The translations under genes were made by a program, and so were the position numbers. DNA of 64,000 nt from Thermoplasmata archaeon (GTDB taxonomy: Archaea > Thermoplasmatota > Thermoplasmata > Lutacidiplasmatales > UBA184): assembly GCA_035933635.1 (NCBI GenBank), contig DASYYY010000030.1:2911-66910 (forward strand), given 5' to 3'. A model generated the notes under the pieces. It was not told where the DNA came from. It saw only the letters and a list, made by a program, of their open reading frames with translations, and ran no database searches. Of the stretch, positions 25,029-32,234 are shown piece by piece. Positions within the stretch are counted from its first letter, which is position 1, and each line of letters begins with the position of its first letter.

Positions 25029-26603
25029 ATGGTCCGCTCTCGTTGGGCAGTCCTAGGTCTAATCGGCACCGCGGCACTCGTCCTGCTGGGTTTGGGAACG
25101 GCTCTGGCCGGCCTCCCCTCCCACAGCGGCGAGCTCCGGGCCGCGCCGGTCGGCCCTGCGGCGGCGCCCCATGCCTTGGTCTCCCATGCGAGCCCTGCGA
25201 CGGTCCGAGGGGCAGCCCCGCTCCCAGTACCTTGGATCAACGTCACTATCACGAACACGCTGCCGGCGTCGGCCGCCCCCCCGATCACCCTGAATTTCAC
25301 GATCAACGTCACCGGCGTGCCGATCAGTCCCAAGAACGAGAGTGCCACCATCCTGATCACCGCCGGGCCGAGCGCGACGCTCATCGGTAGCCACGGGGTC
25401 GCGATCACCGCGGGCCAGGCCAACTACAGCGTGGTCATGGACTACCTCTACATCGGCGGTGAGTCGCCGATGCCCACCTCGACCTACGTGTTCAACGTCA
25501 GCGTCAGCGCCTGGAACAACCTCATCGCCCCGGGAAACCCCGGCGCACCGGGTGGAACCGCGATCAAGAACTACACGACCCAGTCGATGGCGACGATGCT
25601 CGTGGACAACCCGGGCATCTCGATCACCAGCACCATCGCGGTCTACGACACGCTCCCGATCCAGGTGAACTTCCTGACCAGCTTCGACCCCGCCAATTCC
25701 GGAATCGTTGCGAATGCGATGAACATGACCATCGTGTTCACGTTCGCGTACACCGTGACCGGGGCGGAACTGATCAACCTCACCTTGCCGTTCAACGCGA
25801 GCGGCGGCTATGCCGTGACCATCAACGCCTCGAACCTCGCGATCCTCAACTACAACAACGGCGTCTACGCGAGCGGCGTCGGTTCGGACAGCTACGCCAT
25901 CACCGCGTCGATCACGGCCCAGAACTCCTCGGACCCATCGTTCCCGACCCGGACGGTGGAGGCGCAGGACGTCGTCCTGTTCACGACGAACACTCCGACG
26001 GTCAGCATCCTGTCGCCGACGAACAAGACCACGGGGCTCTACGTGGGCAACAACGTGACCATCACTACGGGCTACCAGGGCGACTTCGTCACCGGCGCGA
26101 ACGTGACGGTCACCCCGGCCGGGGGCGGACAGGCGGTCTACACCCAGGGTATCTTCACCCCGGGTCCGGGCGGTCATGCCTCGGCCGTGCTCTGGGTCCC
26201 GGGTCTCGCGGGGAAGTACACGATCACGGCCCAGATCCTGACCCCCTACGGATCGTTCAGTTCGACGAATACCAACGTCACGATCCTCGCCGCGAGTGCC
26301 AACTCCGGCTCGGGGATCTCCTACGTCAACAGCACCACCTGGCACAACGCCTCGCTGTTGGGCGGGTTGAGCCCCGGTGTCGCCAGCGCGCTCCTCCTCG
26401 TCGTGGGGCTCGTCATCGGCATGATCGTGGCGCTCGCGCTCGGCCGGATGATGTGGGCCAGCGGCAAGCCGGCCGGTGCCCAGCCCTGGAGCGCTTCCAA
26501 GGGCGGCGCGGGCGGGGCGAACGAGTGCTCGGTCTGTCACCAGACGTTCGGCACGCCCGAGGAGCTCAAGGACCACCAGAAGCAGGCCCACGGGATGGGT
26601 TAG
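25029..26603 (+). CDS. Exported, sequon-rich surface protein with C-terminal TM anchor and cytoplasmic C2H2 zinc finger (524 aa)
   Basis: Signal peptide WAVLGLIGTAALVLLGLGTALAG. Many NxS/T sites (NVTITNT, NFTINVTG, NYSVV, NVSVS...). TM helix at about 26367-26447. Tail CSVCHQTFGTPEELKDHQKQAH. Confidence 0.75.
   Translation: MVRSRWAVLGLIGTAALVLLGLGTALAGLPSHSGELRAAPVGPAAAPHALVSHASPATVRGAAPLPVPWINVTITNTLPASAAPPITLNFTINVTGVPISPKNESATILITAGPSATLIGSHGVAITAGQANYSVVMDYLYIGGESPMPTSTYVFNVSVSAWNNLIAPGNPGAPGGTAIKNYTTQSMATMLVDNPGISITSTIAVYDTLPIQVNFLTSFDPANSGIVANAMNMTIVFTFAYTVTGAELINLTLPFNASGGYAVTINASNLAILNYNNGVYASGVGSDSYAITASITAQNSSDPSFPTRTVEAQDVVLFTTNTPTVSILSPTNKTTGLYVGNNVTITTGYQGDFVTGANVTVTPAGGGQAVYTQGIFTPGPGGHASAVLWVPGLAGKYTITAQILTPYGSFSSTNTNVTILAASANSGSGISYVNSTTWHNASLLGGLSPGVASALLLVVGLVIGMIVALALGRMMWASGKPAGAQPWSASKGGAGGANECSVCHQTFGTPEELKDHQKQAHGMG
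26526..26591 (+). other. C2H2 zinc-finger motif CX2CX12HX4H (C-terminal tail)
   Basis: CSVC-HQTFGTPEELKD-H-QKQA-H. Same spacing and same conserved F, TP and L positions as at 24801-24866. Confidence 0.75.
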
Positions 26604-26630
26604 GACGACCCCTCCCGCCGGCAGGTCCAA

Positions 26631-26655
26631 CCTCTTCGATCCCTTTCTTCCCGAC
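26631..26655 (+). terminator. Pyrimidine-rich tract after the stop codon (cctcttcgatccctttcttcccgac)
   Basis: T/C-rich run about 30 nt after stop 26603. Shares the 11-mer TTCTTCCCGAC with the tract after the SBP-1 gene. Confidence 0.3.
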
Positions 26656-26690
26656 GTTCAACGGACGGGGCCAGCGCCTGGGCGAGATCG

Positions 26691-27920
26691 CTACTGGAAC
26701 CGAAGCGCCGGAAACTCGGCCCGCCACGACCGGACCTCCGGAGCCACGTTCTCGGCCCGGATCCCGGCGCGGACCATCAGCTCGGCGAGTCGCGGCATTT
26801 CCGGCGGAGTGAGGCCCAGTCGGGCCGCCTCCGCCGTCCCGATCCTCCCGACCAGGTCGGTCAGGAGGCCCTGGGACTCCCATCGACGGGCCAGAGCTCC
26901 GGGCAACAGGCCGTGGCGCTGCCGAAGCGCCCCCCGGTCGAGATGGAGCTGGTGGGATTCCGTGAAGCCGTGCTCCTCGGCGAGGACCGGGAGACCCCTC
27001 TCATGAAGGGCGGCGGCGAGCGCCCGGGCGTTGCCGACGGTCGTCCGCGCGTACTCGGGTGCCCAACGTTCGAGCTCCAATAGGGTCTGGCCCAGCGCGG
27101 CGATCCGGTGCCAGTGGGCGTTGTCGAAGATCCGCCAGACAAGCGCGGGCTCGATCTGCCGGTAGAGGTCCTCGCGGTCGGTGTAGAGCAACCCTCCCTG
27201 CGGACCAGGGAAGGACTTGTGAGTGCTCCCGAACACCACGTCGGCCCCGTCGCGCAGGGGGTCCTGGAACTCCCCGCCCGCGATCAGACCGAGAACGTGG
27301 GAGGCGTCGTAGAGGACGAGAGCTCCGCGGGCATGCGCCTCTTGGGCGATGGCCCGTAGCGGGTAGGGGAACAGAACGAAGCTCTGTCCGAGGATGACCG
27401 CGTCCGGCTTCTCGCGCCGGATCTCCTCCAGGACCACCTCCTCCGGTAGCGGGATCTCCGGACCCGGAGCGGGGATGGGCCGGACGGTGTAGCCCAGGAC
27501 CGCGTTGAGGAATCCGGGCGCGTAGCCGTCGTAACCGCCCATCTCCGAGGGGATGGCGAGGAACTTCGCGCCCCGCGGCAAGAGCGGGGCCATGGCGCTC
27601 ATCGCGGCGATGTGCCCCGAAAGGGGTCGGGTCGTGGCGCACCGGGCGTGGAACAGCCGCCGCGCGGCGGCGTCGGCGAGCTGCTCGACCTGGTCGGTGT
27701 AGCGCGTGCCGGTGTAGCTGTTGTCGACGTGCTCGCCGTGGAAGACGGTCTTGATCGGCAGGGTGTAGCGGCCGGCGAGGTCGCTCGACAGGTAGCTCCG
27801 CGCCCTCGGGGAGACGGCGTTCTCGCTGGGGAGTAGGTTGAACACCTCGCTCCCGCGCCAGCGGTCGTGGGCGCGGACGAGGTCGGCGAGCCGCTCCTCC
27901 TCAGTGGGCGGAGGGGCCAT
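26691..27920 (-). CDS. glyA: Serine hydroxymethyltransferase family protein
   Basis: LLPSENAVSPRA, GSTHKSFPGPQGG (PLP-lysine motif) and YDASHVLGLIAGG. Start taken at ATG 27920 (MAPPPTEEE), overlapping the csl4 stop by 20 nt. Confidence 0.8.
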   Translation of the reverse strand: MAPPPTEEERLADLVRAHDRWRGSEVFNLLPSENAVSPRARSYLSSDLAGRYTLPIKTVFHGEHVDNSYTGTRYTDQVEQLADAAARRLFHARCATTRPLSGHIAAMSAMAPLLPRGAKFLAIPSEMGGYDGYAPGFLNAVLGYTVRPIPAPGPEIPLPEEVVLEEIRREKPDAVILGQSFVLFPYPLRAIAQEAHARGALVLYDASHVLGLIAGGEFQDPLRDGADVVFGSTHKSFPGPQGGLLYTDREDLYRQIEPALVWRIFDNAHWHRIAALGQTLLELERWAPEYARTTVGNARALAAALHERGLPVLAEEHGFTESHQLHLDRGALRQRHGLLPGALARRWESQGLLTDLVGRIGTAEAARLGLTPPEMPRLAELMVRAGIRAENVAPEVRSWRAEFPALRFQ

Positions 27921-28512
27921 GGACGCCGGCGAGCTTGGTGTGGAGCGAACCGTAGTCGGCCGAGAGCTTGCGCCGCTCGACCTCGCCGCAGCGCGGGCAG
28001 CGGAGCCCGCCCTTGCCATCGAGGGTGAGCTGCCCGTGACAGTTCTGGCAGCGGGCGGCGACGACGCCGAGCGCCGAGGGGGCGGTGGTGAGCTTGATCG
28101 TGGGCCGGCCCTGCAGCACCTTGGCGAGCACGATGTCGCCGACGCCGAACTCCGTCTGGAGCGACTCGGTGTAACCGTCGCGGGCCTTGGAGATGTGCAC
28201 GGTGCCCTCCGGTGCGCCGGGGACGCTGCGATTGGTCTGGGCCGAGGCCAGGATCGTGCAGATCGCCATGGCGCTCTTGATCTCGTCGACGCGCGCGTAG
28301 ACGAGATCGCCCTCGGCGATGCGCGGGATGGCGTTCAGCGCGCGGACGGAGATCGCGCGGGCCTGGGGGTCGACCTGGGTATGGCCGAACAGCGCAGCGT
28401 AGACCCGGCCGTTGTCCTCGTAGGTGCCCTGACCGGGCACGAACTCCTCCGCCGTGCCCAGGAAGTCGCCGGGAAGTACGAGGTCGCCGCGTCCGTGCGT
28501 GGAGGTGCTCAT
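27901..28512 (-). CDS. csl4: Exosome complex RNA-binding subunit Csl4
   Basis: LVLPGDFLGTAEEFVPGQGTY N-terminal domain, S1-like core (GDLVYARV...GDIVLAKV), and C-terminal zinc ribbon CQNCHG...LRCPRCG. The ATG at 28512 overlaps the upstream gene stop (ATGA). Confidence 0.85.
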   Translation of the reverse strand: MSTSTHGRGDLVLPGDFLGTAEEFVPGQGTYEDNGRVYAALFGHTQVDPQARAISVRALNAIPRIAEGDLVYARVDEIKSAMAICTILASAQTNRSVPGAPEGTVHISKARDGYTESLQTEFGVGDIVLAKVLQGRPTIKLTTAPSALGVVAARCQNCHGQLTLDGKGGLRCPRCGEVERRKLSADYGSLHTKLAGVHGPSAH

Positions 28513-29120
28513 GGGTTCTTTGCCGCCCCGAGCACCCAGAGGTCGACCGGGATCGGCACCTGCGGCTTCGTGTGGTGGGGGAAGCTCGCGGGCAGGACCC
28601 AACGTACCGGCCGGTTCTCGGCGATCGATGCGGCGCGCTCGACCGCCCTTCGAGCTATAAAGGTTCGGGAGTCGGCGAGGGCGAAGGCGTACGTCCCGCG
28701 CTGCGCGGAGCGGAGCGCGGCGTCCCAGAACGGCAGATCGGCATGGCGCCGCTGGGCGCCGAACGGCGGGTTCATCACCACCGTGTCGACCTTCTCGGCG
28801 AACCGTTCGACGTCCATCTTCTCGACCCTCAGATCGACCTTGGCCTTGGTCGCGTTGCGCCGGGCGACCTCGACCGCGTCCGGGTCGACCTCGATGGCCA
28901 CGACCTCGCGCGCGCCGAGGAGCTTGGCGCCGATGCCGAGGAGCCCCGTGCCCGCCCCGAGGTCGGCCACCGACCTCCCCTCGAGATCACCCCGTTGGAG
29001 GGCGAGATTCAGCAACTCGGCGGCCGCCTCGGGAGGGGTGGCGACCTGCTCGAGCTTCGGGTCCGGTCGGTCGAACGTTTCCAGCCCGCTGAGCCGGCGG
29101 ATGAGCGCAGCGTTCTTCAT
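28509..29120 (-). CDS. SAM-dependent methyltransferase, METTL5/COG2263-like (NPPF motif)
   Basis: SAM-binding VADLGAGTGLLGIGA, EVDPDA, and the catalytic VVMNPPFG tetrad motif. Confidence 0.8.
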   Translation of the reverse strand: MKNAALIRRLSGLETFDRPDPKLEQVATPPEAAAELLNLALQRGDLEGRSVADLGAGTGLLGIGAKLLGAREVVAIEVDPDAVEVARRNATKAKVDLRVEKMDVERFAEKVDTVVMNPPFGAQRRHADLPFWDAALRSAQRGTYAFALADSRTFIARRAVERAASIAENRPVRWVLPASFPHHTKPQVPIPVDLWVLGAAKNP

Positions 29121-29169
29121 CGGTGCCCGGCCCGTCGATCCCCCTCGTCGACCCCCGCGTTCGAGAGTA

Positions 29170-29288
29170 TGCGGGGAGCCGGATTTGAACCGGCGAACGC
29201 CTACGCGGCAGGATCTCTTTCGGGTCGCCGAGCGCGACCGCCGGACCCGTTTAAGTCCTGCGCCGTTTCCGGGCTTGGCTATCCCCGC
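29170..29288 (-). tRNA. tRNA-Leu (anticodon UAA) with an intron of about 35 nt in the anticodon loop
   Basis: The minus strand reads GCGGGGA-TA-GCCAAGCCCGGAAACGGC-G-CAGGA-CTTAA[intron]GA-TCCTG-CCGCGTAGGCGTTC-GCCGG-TTCAAAT-CCGGC-TCCCCGC-A. The 7-bp acceptor, 5-bp anticodon and T stems pair perfectly. The long variable arm is typical of tRNA-Leu. No encoded CCA. Confidence 0.85.
29215..29250 (-). other. tRNA intron (canonical 37/38 region of the anticodon loop)
   Basis: Removing about 35 nt (ACGGGTCCGGCGGTCGCGCTCGGCGACCCGAAAGA, give or take 1 nt) restores a 7-nt loop CTTAAGA closed by CAGGA/TCCTG. The intron has an internal helix CGGGTC...GACCCG. Confidence 0.6.
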
Positions 29289-29294
29289 GTCGAC

Positions 29295-29609
29295 CTAGCG
29301 GGCTGGAGCCGGCGCGGGCGCCGCCGTCGCGACCGCTTCCTTGGGCGTCGCCCGGGAGGGGGCCTTCTTCATGGAGACCCGCTTCGGGAAGAAGCGCAGC
29401 AGCACGACGTCGTTCACCGCGGAGACCCAGCGGTAGGGGATGTTGATCGGGCGCGACTCCTCGACTAACAACGGGCTCGGCTCGTCCAGGAAGATGCCGT
29501 CGACCTTGGAGCCCTCCACATCGATGACCAGGTTCCCGACCTCCCCGAGCAGCCTTCCGTCCGGGGTGTACACCTGACGCCCGACAAGCTCCGTCGACTC
29601 GACCAGCAT
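29295..29609 (-). CDS. PRC-barrel domain protein (104 aa)
   Basis: ELVGRQVYTPDGRLLGEVGNLVIDVEGSKVDGIFL matches the usual PRC-barrel pattern. Lys/Ala/Pro-rich tail. Confidence 0.65.
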   Translation of the reverse strand: MLVESTELVGRQVYTPDGRLLGEVGNLVIDVEGSKVDGIFLDEPSPLLVEESRPINIPYRWVSAVNDVVLLRFFPKRVSMKKAPSRATPKEAVATAAPAPAPAR

Positions 29610-29687
29610 GTTTGCGCGATCTCCGACGGTGCGACGATGCTACCCCCTTTTACGTCTTTTGATGGAGCGGACGCATCGGTGGGTCGC

Positions 29688-31466
29688 TCAGGCGGCCGGT
29701 GACTCCGGGGAAGAGTGCCGGGGCTGGATCCGGTACATCCGGAGCAGCTCGTCGGACTCGGTCGCCTCGGTCGCCGACTTGTCGTCGCGGAATCTCCCGG
29801 TGAAGCGCGGGAATCGGAGCGCCAGCCCGGTACCGGCCCGGATCTTGCCGAACCCCGCGCGGTGGATCGGACTCAGGCTGAGCTCGGCTCCGCGGAGCTC
29901 GAGTACGAGGGACGGTCGGATCCATCGATCGGGCTCGAGGCCGGTCTCGACGCCTTGGGGCCGCTCGTCCACCTCGAACGACTTCAGACGCTGGGGCAGC
30001 TCGGCGAGGGTCGCGTCGTCGAAGCCGCTGCCGACCTTGCAGAAGCTCTCGAACCGATCGAGCTGCTTGTCGTAGGTGGCCATCAGGAGCGCGCCGAAGG
30101 TCCCCGCCCGACGGCCGCGACCGAAGAAGCCCCCCACGACGACGCCGTCGATGGTATCCCCGAGGGTGTGGGTGTACTCGCGCTTGTACTTGATCCACCA
30201 GAAGCCGCGCGCGCCGGCCCGGTAGGAGCTGCCCTCGGCGAGGGACTTCGCCATGACCCCCTCGCAACCTTCGGCGATGGCCAGGTCGAAGAACTTGGTC
30301 GCCTGCTCGAGGTTCTCGACGACCTTCTGGGTCGCGAGGCGCACCCGGTCGGTGGGGGTCACCAGCTTCTCAAGCCGCGCGCGCCGGTCCGCGAAGTCCT
30401 GGGCCAGGACCTCGTCCTTGCCCTCGAGCAGGACATCGAACAGGAAGAGCCGGACGGGGACCTCGGTCTCCATGCGTTCGAGGTCGTACTTCCGACCCCG
30501 CCGGCGGGAGATCTCCTGGAACGGCTCGAGCTCGTCGGTATCGAGGTCGACGGCGACGCACTCGCCCTCGACGATGGCCGGACGGTGGCGGATCGCCTTG
30601 GGCAGCTCGCGCACGAGCTCGGGGAATTGACCGGTGATGTTCTCGAGGCGACGGGAGAAGAGCGTCGCCGACCCTTCGGCGGGGATGTGCGCTTGGATCC
30701 GGAGGCCGTCGTACTTGAATTCGAGCGCCGCCCGCCCTTCCATTCGCTTCAGGACATCGGTCAGGTCCGGCGAGCGCTCCGCCAGCATGGGCCGGATCGG
30801 CCGGCCGACGCTCAGGTGGATCGAGGAGAGCCCCTCCAGGCCCGAGGCGGCGACGGTGCTGGCCACGATCCCGAGGTCGCTGCAGAGATTGTAGGCGCCC
30901 TCGAGCCGCGTCCGCGCCTCCTTGGACCCGTCGGCGAACGCCTCGGCAAGGGCGTCGAGCAGCGACATCTCGCGGATGCCGAGGCGGAGCTGTCCCATCG
31001 CGAACCGGATCGCGTACTTCGCCTCGATCGGGCTCGCGCCCTCGACGAGCTCGGCGAGGAGCCGGATCTTCGTTTCTTGCGAGCCCTCCCCGGAGGAGGA
31101 GGCGACCTGCTGGAAGTGGCGGTAGACGTCCTGCACGGAGCGTTCTTTCGTCGGCGTTCCCGACCTCCCGGCGACCAGCCGCTCGGCGGTGGTCCCCAAG
31201 TCCCCCGTCTCTCGGGCGAGCAAGGCTACCTCCGACTCCTTCGCCCCGGTGGCCAAGACCAGGGCGCGCCGGACCAGCGAATCGGCCAGCCCCAATTCGA
31301 CGCCCTCGTACTCGGGGCGGAGCATCCCCTGCGAGAGGTAGAGGATCTCGGGGAGCTCCGAGCGCGGGGCGTTGGAGATCAGCTCGACGAGGATCTTGCG
31401 GAGCTCGAGACGCTTCTTGGTGGCGCCCAGCTTCTCGTAGGCGGCGACCAGGTCAACGAACCGCAT
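29688..31466 (-). CDS. lig: ATP-dependent DNA ligase
   Basis: 592 aa from MRFVDLVAAYEKL. Adenylation motif I ALEFKYDGLRIQ (KYDG), plus LFDVLLEG, EGVMAK and WWIKYKREY. The track ORF extension to 31655 overlaps rpe. Confidence 0.92.
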   Translation of the reverse strand: MRFVDLVAAYEKLGATKKRLELRKILVELISNAPRSELPEILYLSQGMLRPEYEGVELGLADSLVRRALVLATGAKESEVALLARETGDLGTTAERLVAGRSGTPTKERSVQDVYRHFQQVASSSGEGSQETKIRLLAELVEGASPIEAKYAIRFAMGQLRLGIREMSLLDALAEAFADGSKEARTRLEGAYNLCSDLGIVASTVAASGLEGLSSIHLSVGRPIRPMLAERSPDLTDVLKRMEGRAALEFKYDGLRIQAHIPAEGSATLFSRRLENITGQFPELVRELPKAIRHRPAIVEGECVAVDLDTDELEPFQEISRRRGRKYDLERMETEVPVRLFLFDVLLEGKDEVLAQDFADRRARLEKLVTPTDRVRLATQKVVENLEQATKFFDLAIAEGCEGVMAKSLAEGSSYRAGARGFWWIKYKREYTHTLGDTIDGVVVGGFFGRGRRAGTFGALLMATYDKQLDRFESFCKVGSGFDDATLAELPQRLKSFEVDERPQGVETGLEPDRWIRPSLVLELRGAELSLSPIHRAGFGKIRAGTGLALRFPRFTGRFRDDKSATEATESDELLRMYRIQPRHSSPESPAA

Positions 31467-32181
31467 GGAGCGCCCCGTCGGTGACCGATTCGCGCAACCG
31501 CGCCAGATTGTCGGCGACCTGCCCGTCGGCGTAGACTGAGTTGCCGCACACGAAGAAGGTCGCCCCCGAGGCCGCGGCCCGGCGGGCCGTCTCCACCGTG
31601 ATGCCCCCGTCCATCGACAGATCGGCGCCGGAGCCGATGGCGTCGAGCGCATCACGCACCCGCTGCACTTTCGGCAGAACCTCGGACCGGAACGTCTGGC
31701 CGGAGAATCCGGGGTAGACGCTCATGACTTGGACCTGGTCGAGCTCGGCGAGCAGGGGCTCGACCCGCTCGAACGGGGTGTCCGGGCGCAGCGCGGCACC
31801 GGCCTCGGCGCCGAGCTCGTGGGCTTCGCGCACGAGCGCGCGCGGATCGCCGTCGGCCTCCACGTGGAAGACCAGCGTGTCCCCTCCCGCCTCCCGGAAC
31901 GCCCGGAGGTACTTCTGGGGGTGCTGGATCATCAGGTGGATGTCGAGCGGCTTGCGGGTCCGGGCGCGGACGGCCCGGACGAGGGCGGGGCCGAAGGAGA
32001 TGTTCGGGACGAAGTGGCCGTCCATCACATCGAGGTGGAACGCATCGGCGCCGCCGGAGTCCGCGGCTTCCACCGCCTCACCGAGCCGCGCGAAATCGGC
32101 GCTCAACAACGACGGGGCGAGCCGAAGCGCGCGTCGAGTCGGCGGCACGCGCGCGCCACTTCGTTGGGGTATATATACCAC
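31453..32181 (-). CDS. rpe: Ribulose-phosphate 3-epimerase
   Basis: APSLLSADFARLGE, HLDVMDGHFVPNISFG, HLMI and VMSVYPGFSGQ motifs. The true start is probably GTG 32148, about 25 nt downstream of the TATATATA box, rather than ATG 32181. Confidence 0.85.
   Translation of the reverse strand: MVYIPQRSGARVPPTRRALRLAPSLLSADFARLGEAVEAADSGGADAFHLDVMDGHFVPNISFGPALVRAVRARTRKPLDIHLMIQHPQKYLRAFREAGGDTLVFHVEADGDPRALVREAHELGAEAGAALRPDTPFERVEPLLAELDQVQVMSVYPGFSGQTFRSEVLPKVQRVRDALDAIGSGADLSMDGGITVETARRAAASGATFFVCGNSVYADGQVADNLARLRESVTDGALHAVR
32170..32177. promoter_or_regulatory. TATATATA box in a divergent spacer (GGTATATATACC). It may serve rpe (minus strand) and the SBP-1 gene (plus strand).
   Basis: Near-palindromic TATA element. 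The same GGTATATAT core recurs upstream of oppB (41433-41439) and SBP-2 (50350-50358). Confidence 0.5.
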
Positions 32182-32202
32182 CTCCCGGCTTTAACGTCGA
32201 AG

Positions 32203-32219
32203 TTCCGGAGGCTCCGGAA
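32203..32219 (+). promoter_or_regulatory. 17-nt palindrome TTCCGGAG-G-CTCCGGAA between the TATA box and the SBP-1 start
   Basis: Perfect 8-nt arms read directly. It lies about 26-42 nt downstream of the TATA box and 16 nt upstream of ATG 32235. It is either an operator candidate or a 5-prime-UTR hairpin. Confidence 0.3.
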
Positions 32220-32234
32220 TCAGGTGAGTCAAAA

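Noticed and set aside
28655-28663. TATA-like CTATAAAGG inside the methyltransferase gene
   Set aside because: There is no credible plus-strand ORF downstream. On the minus strand it lies about 147 nt upstream of the csl4 start, which is the wrong spacing for the promoter geometry seen elsewhere. An internal promoter cannot be excluded, but it is unsupported.
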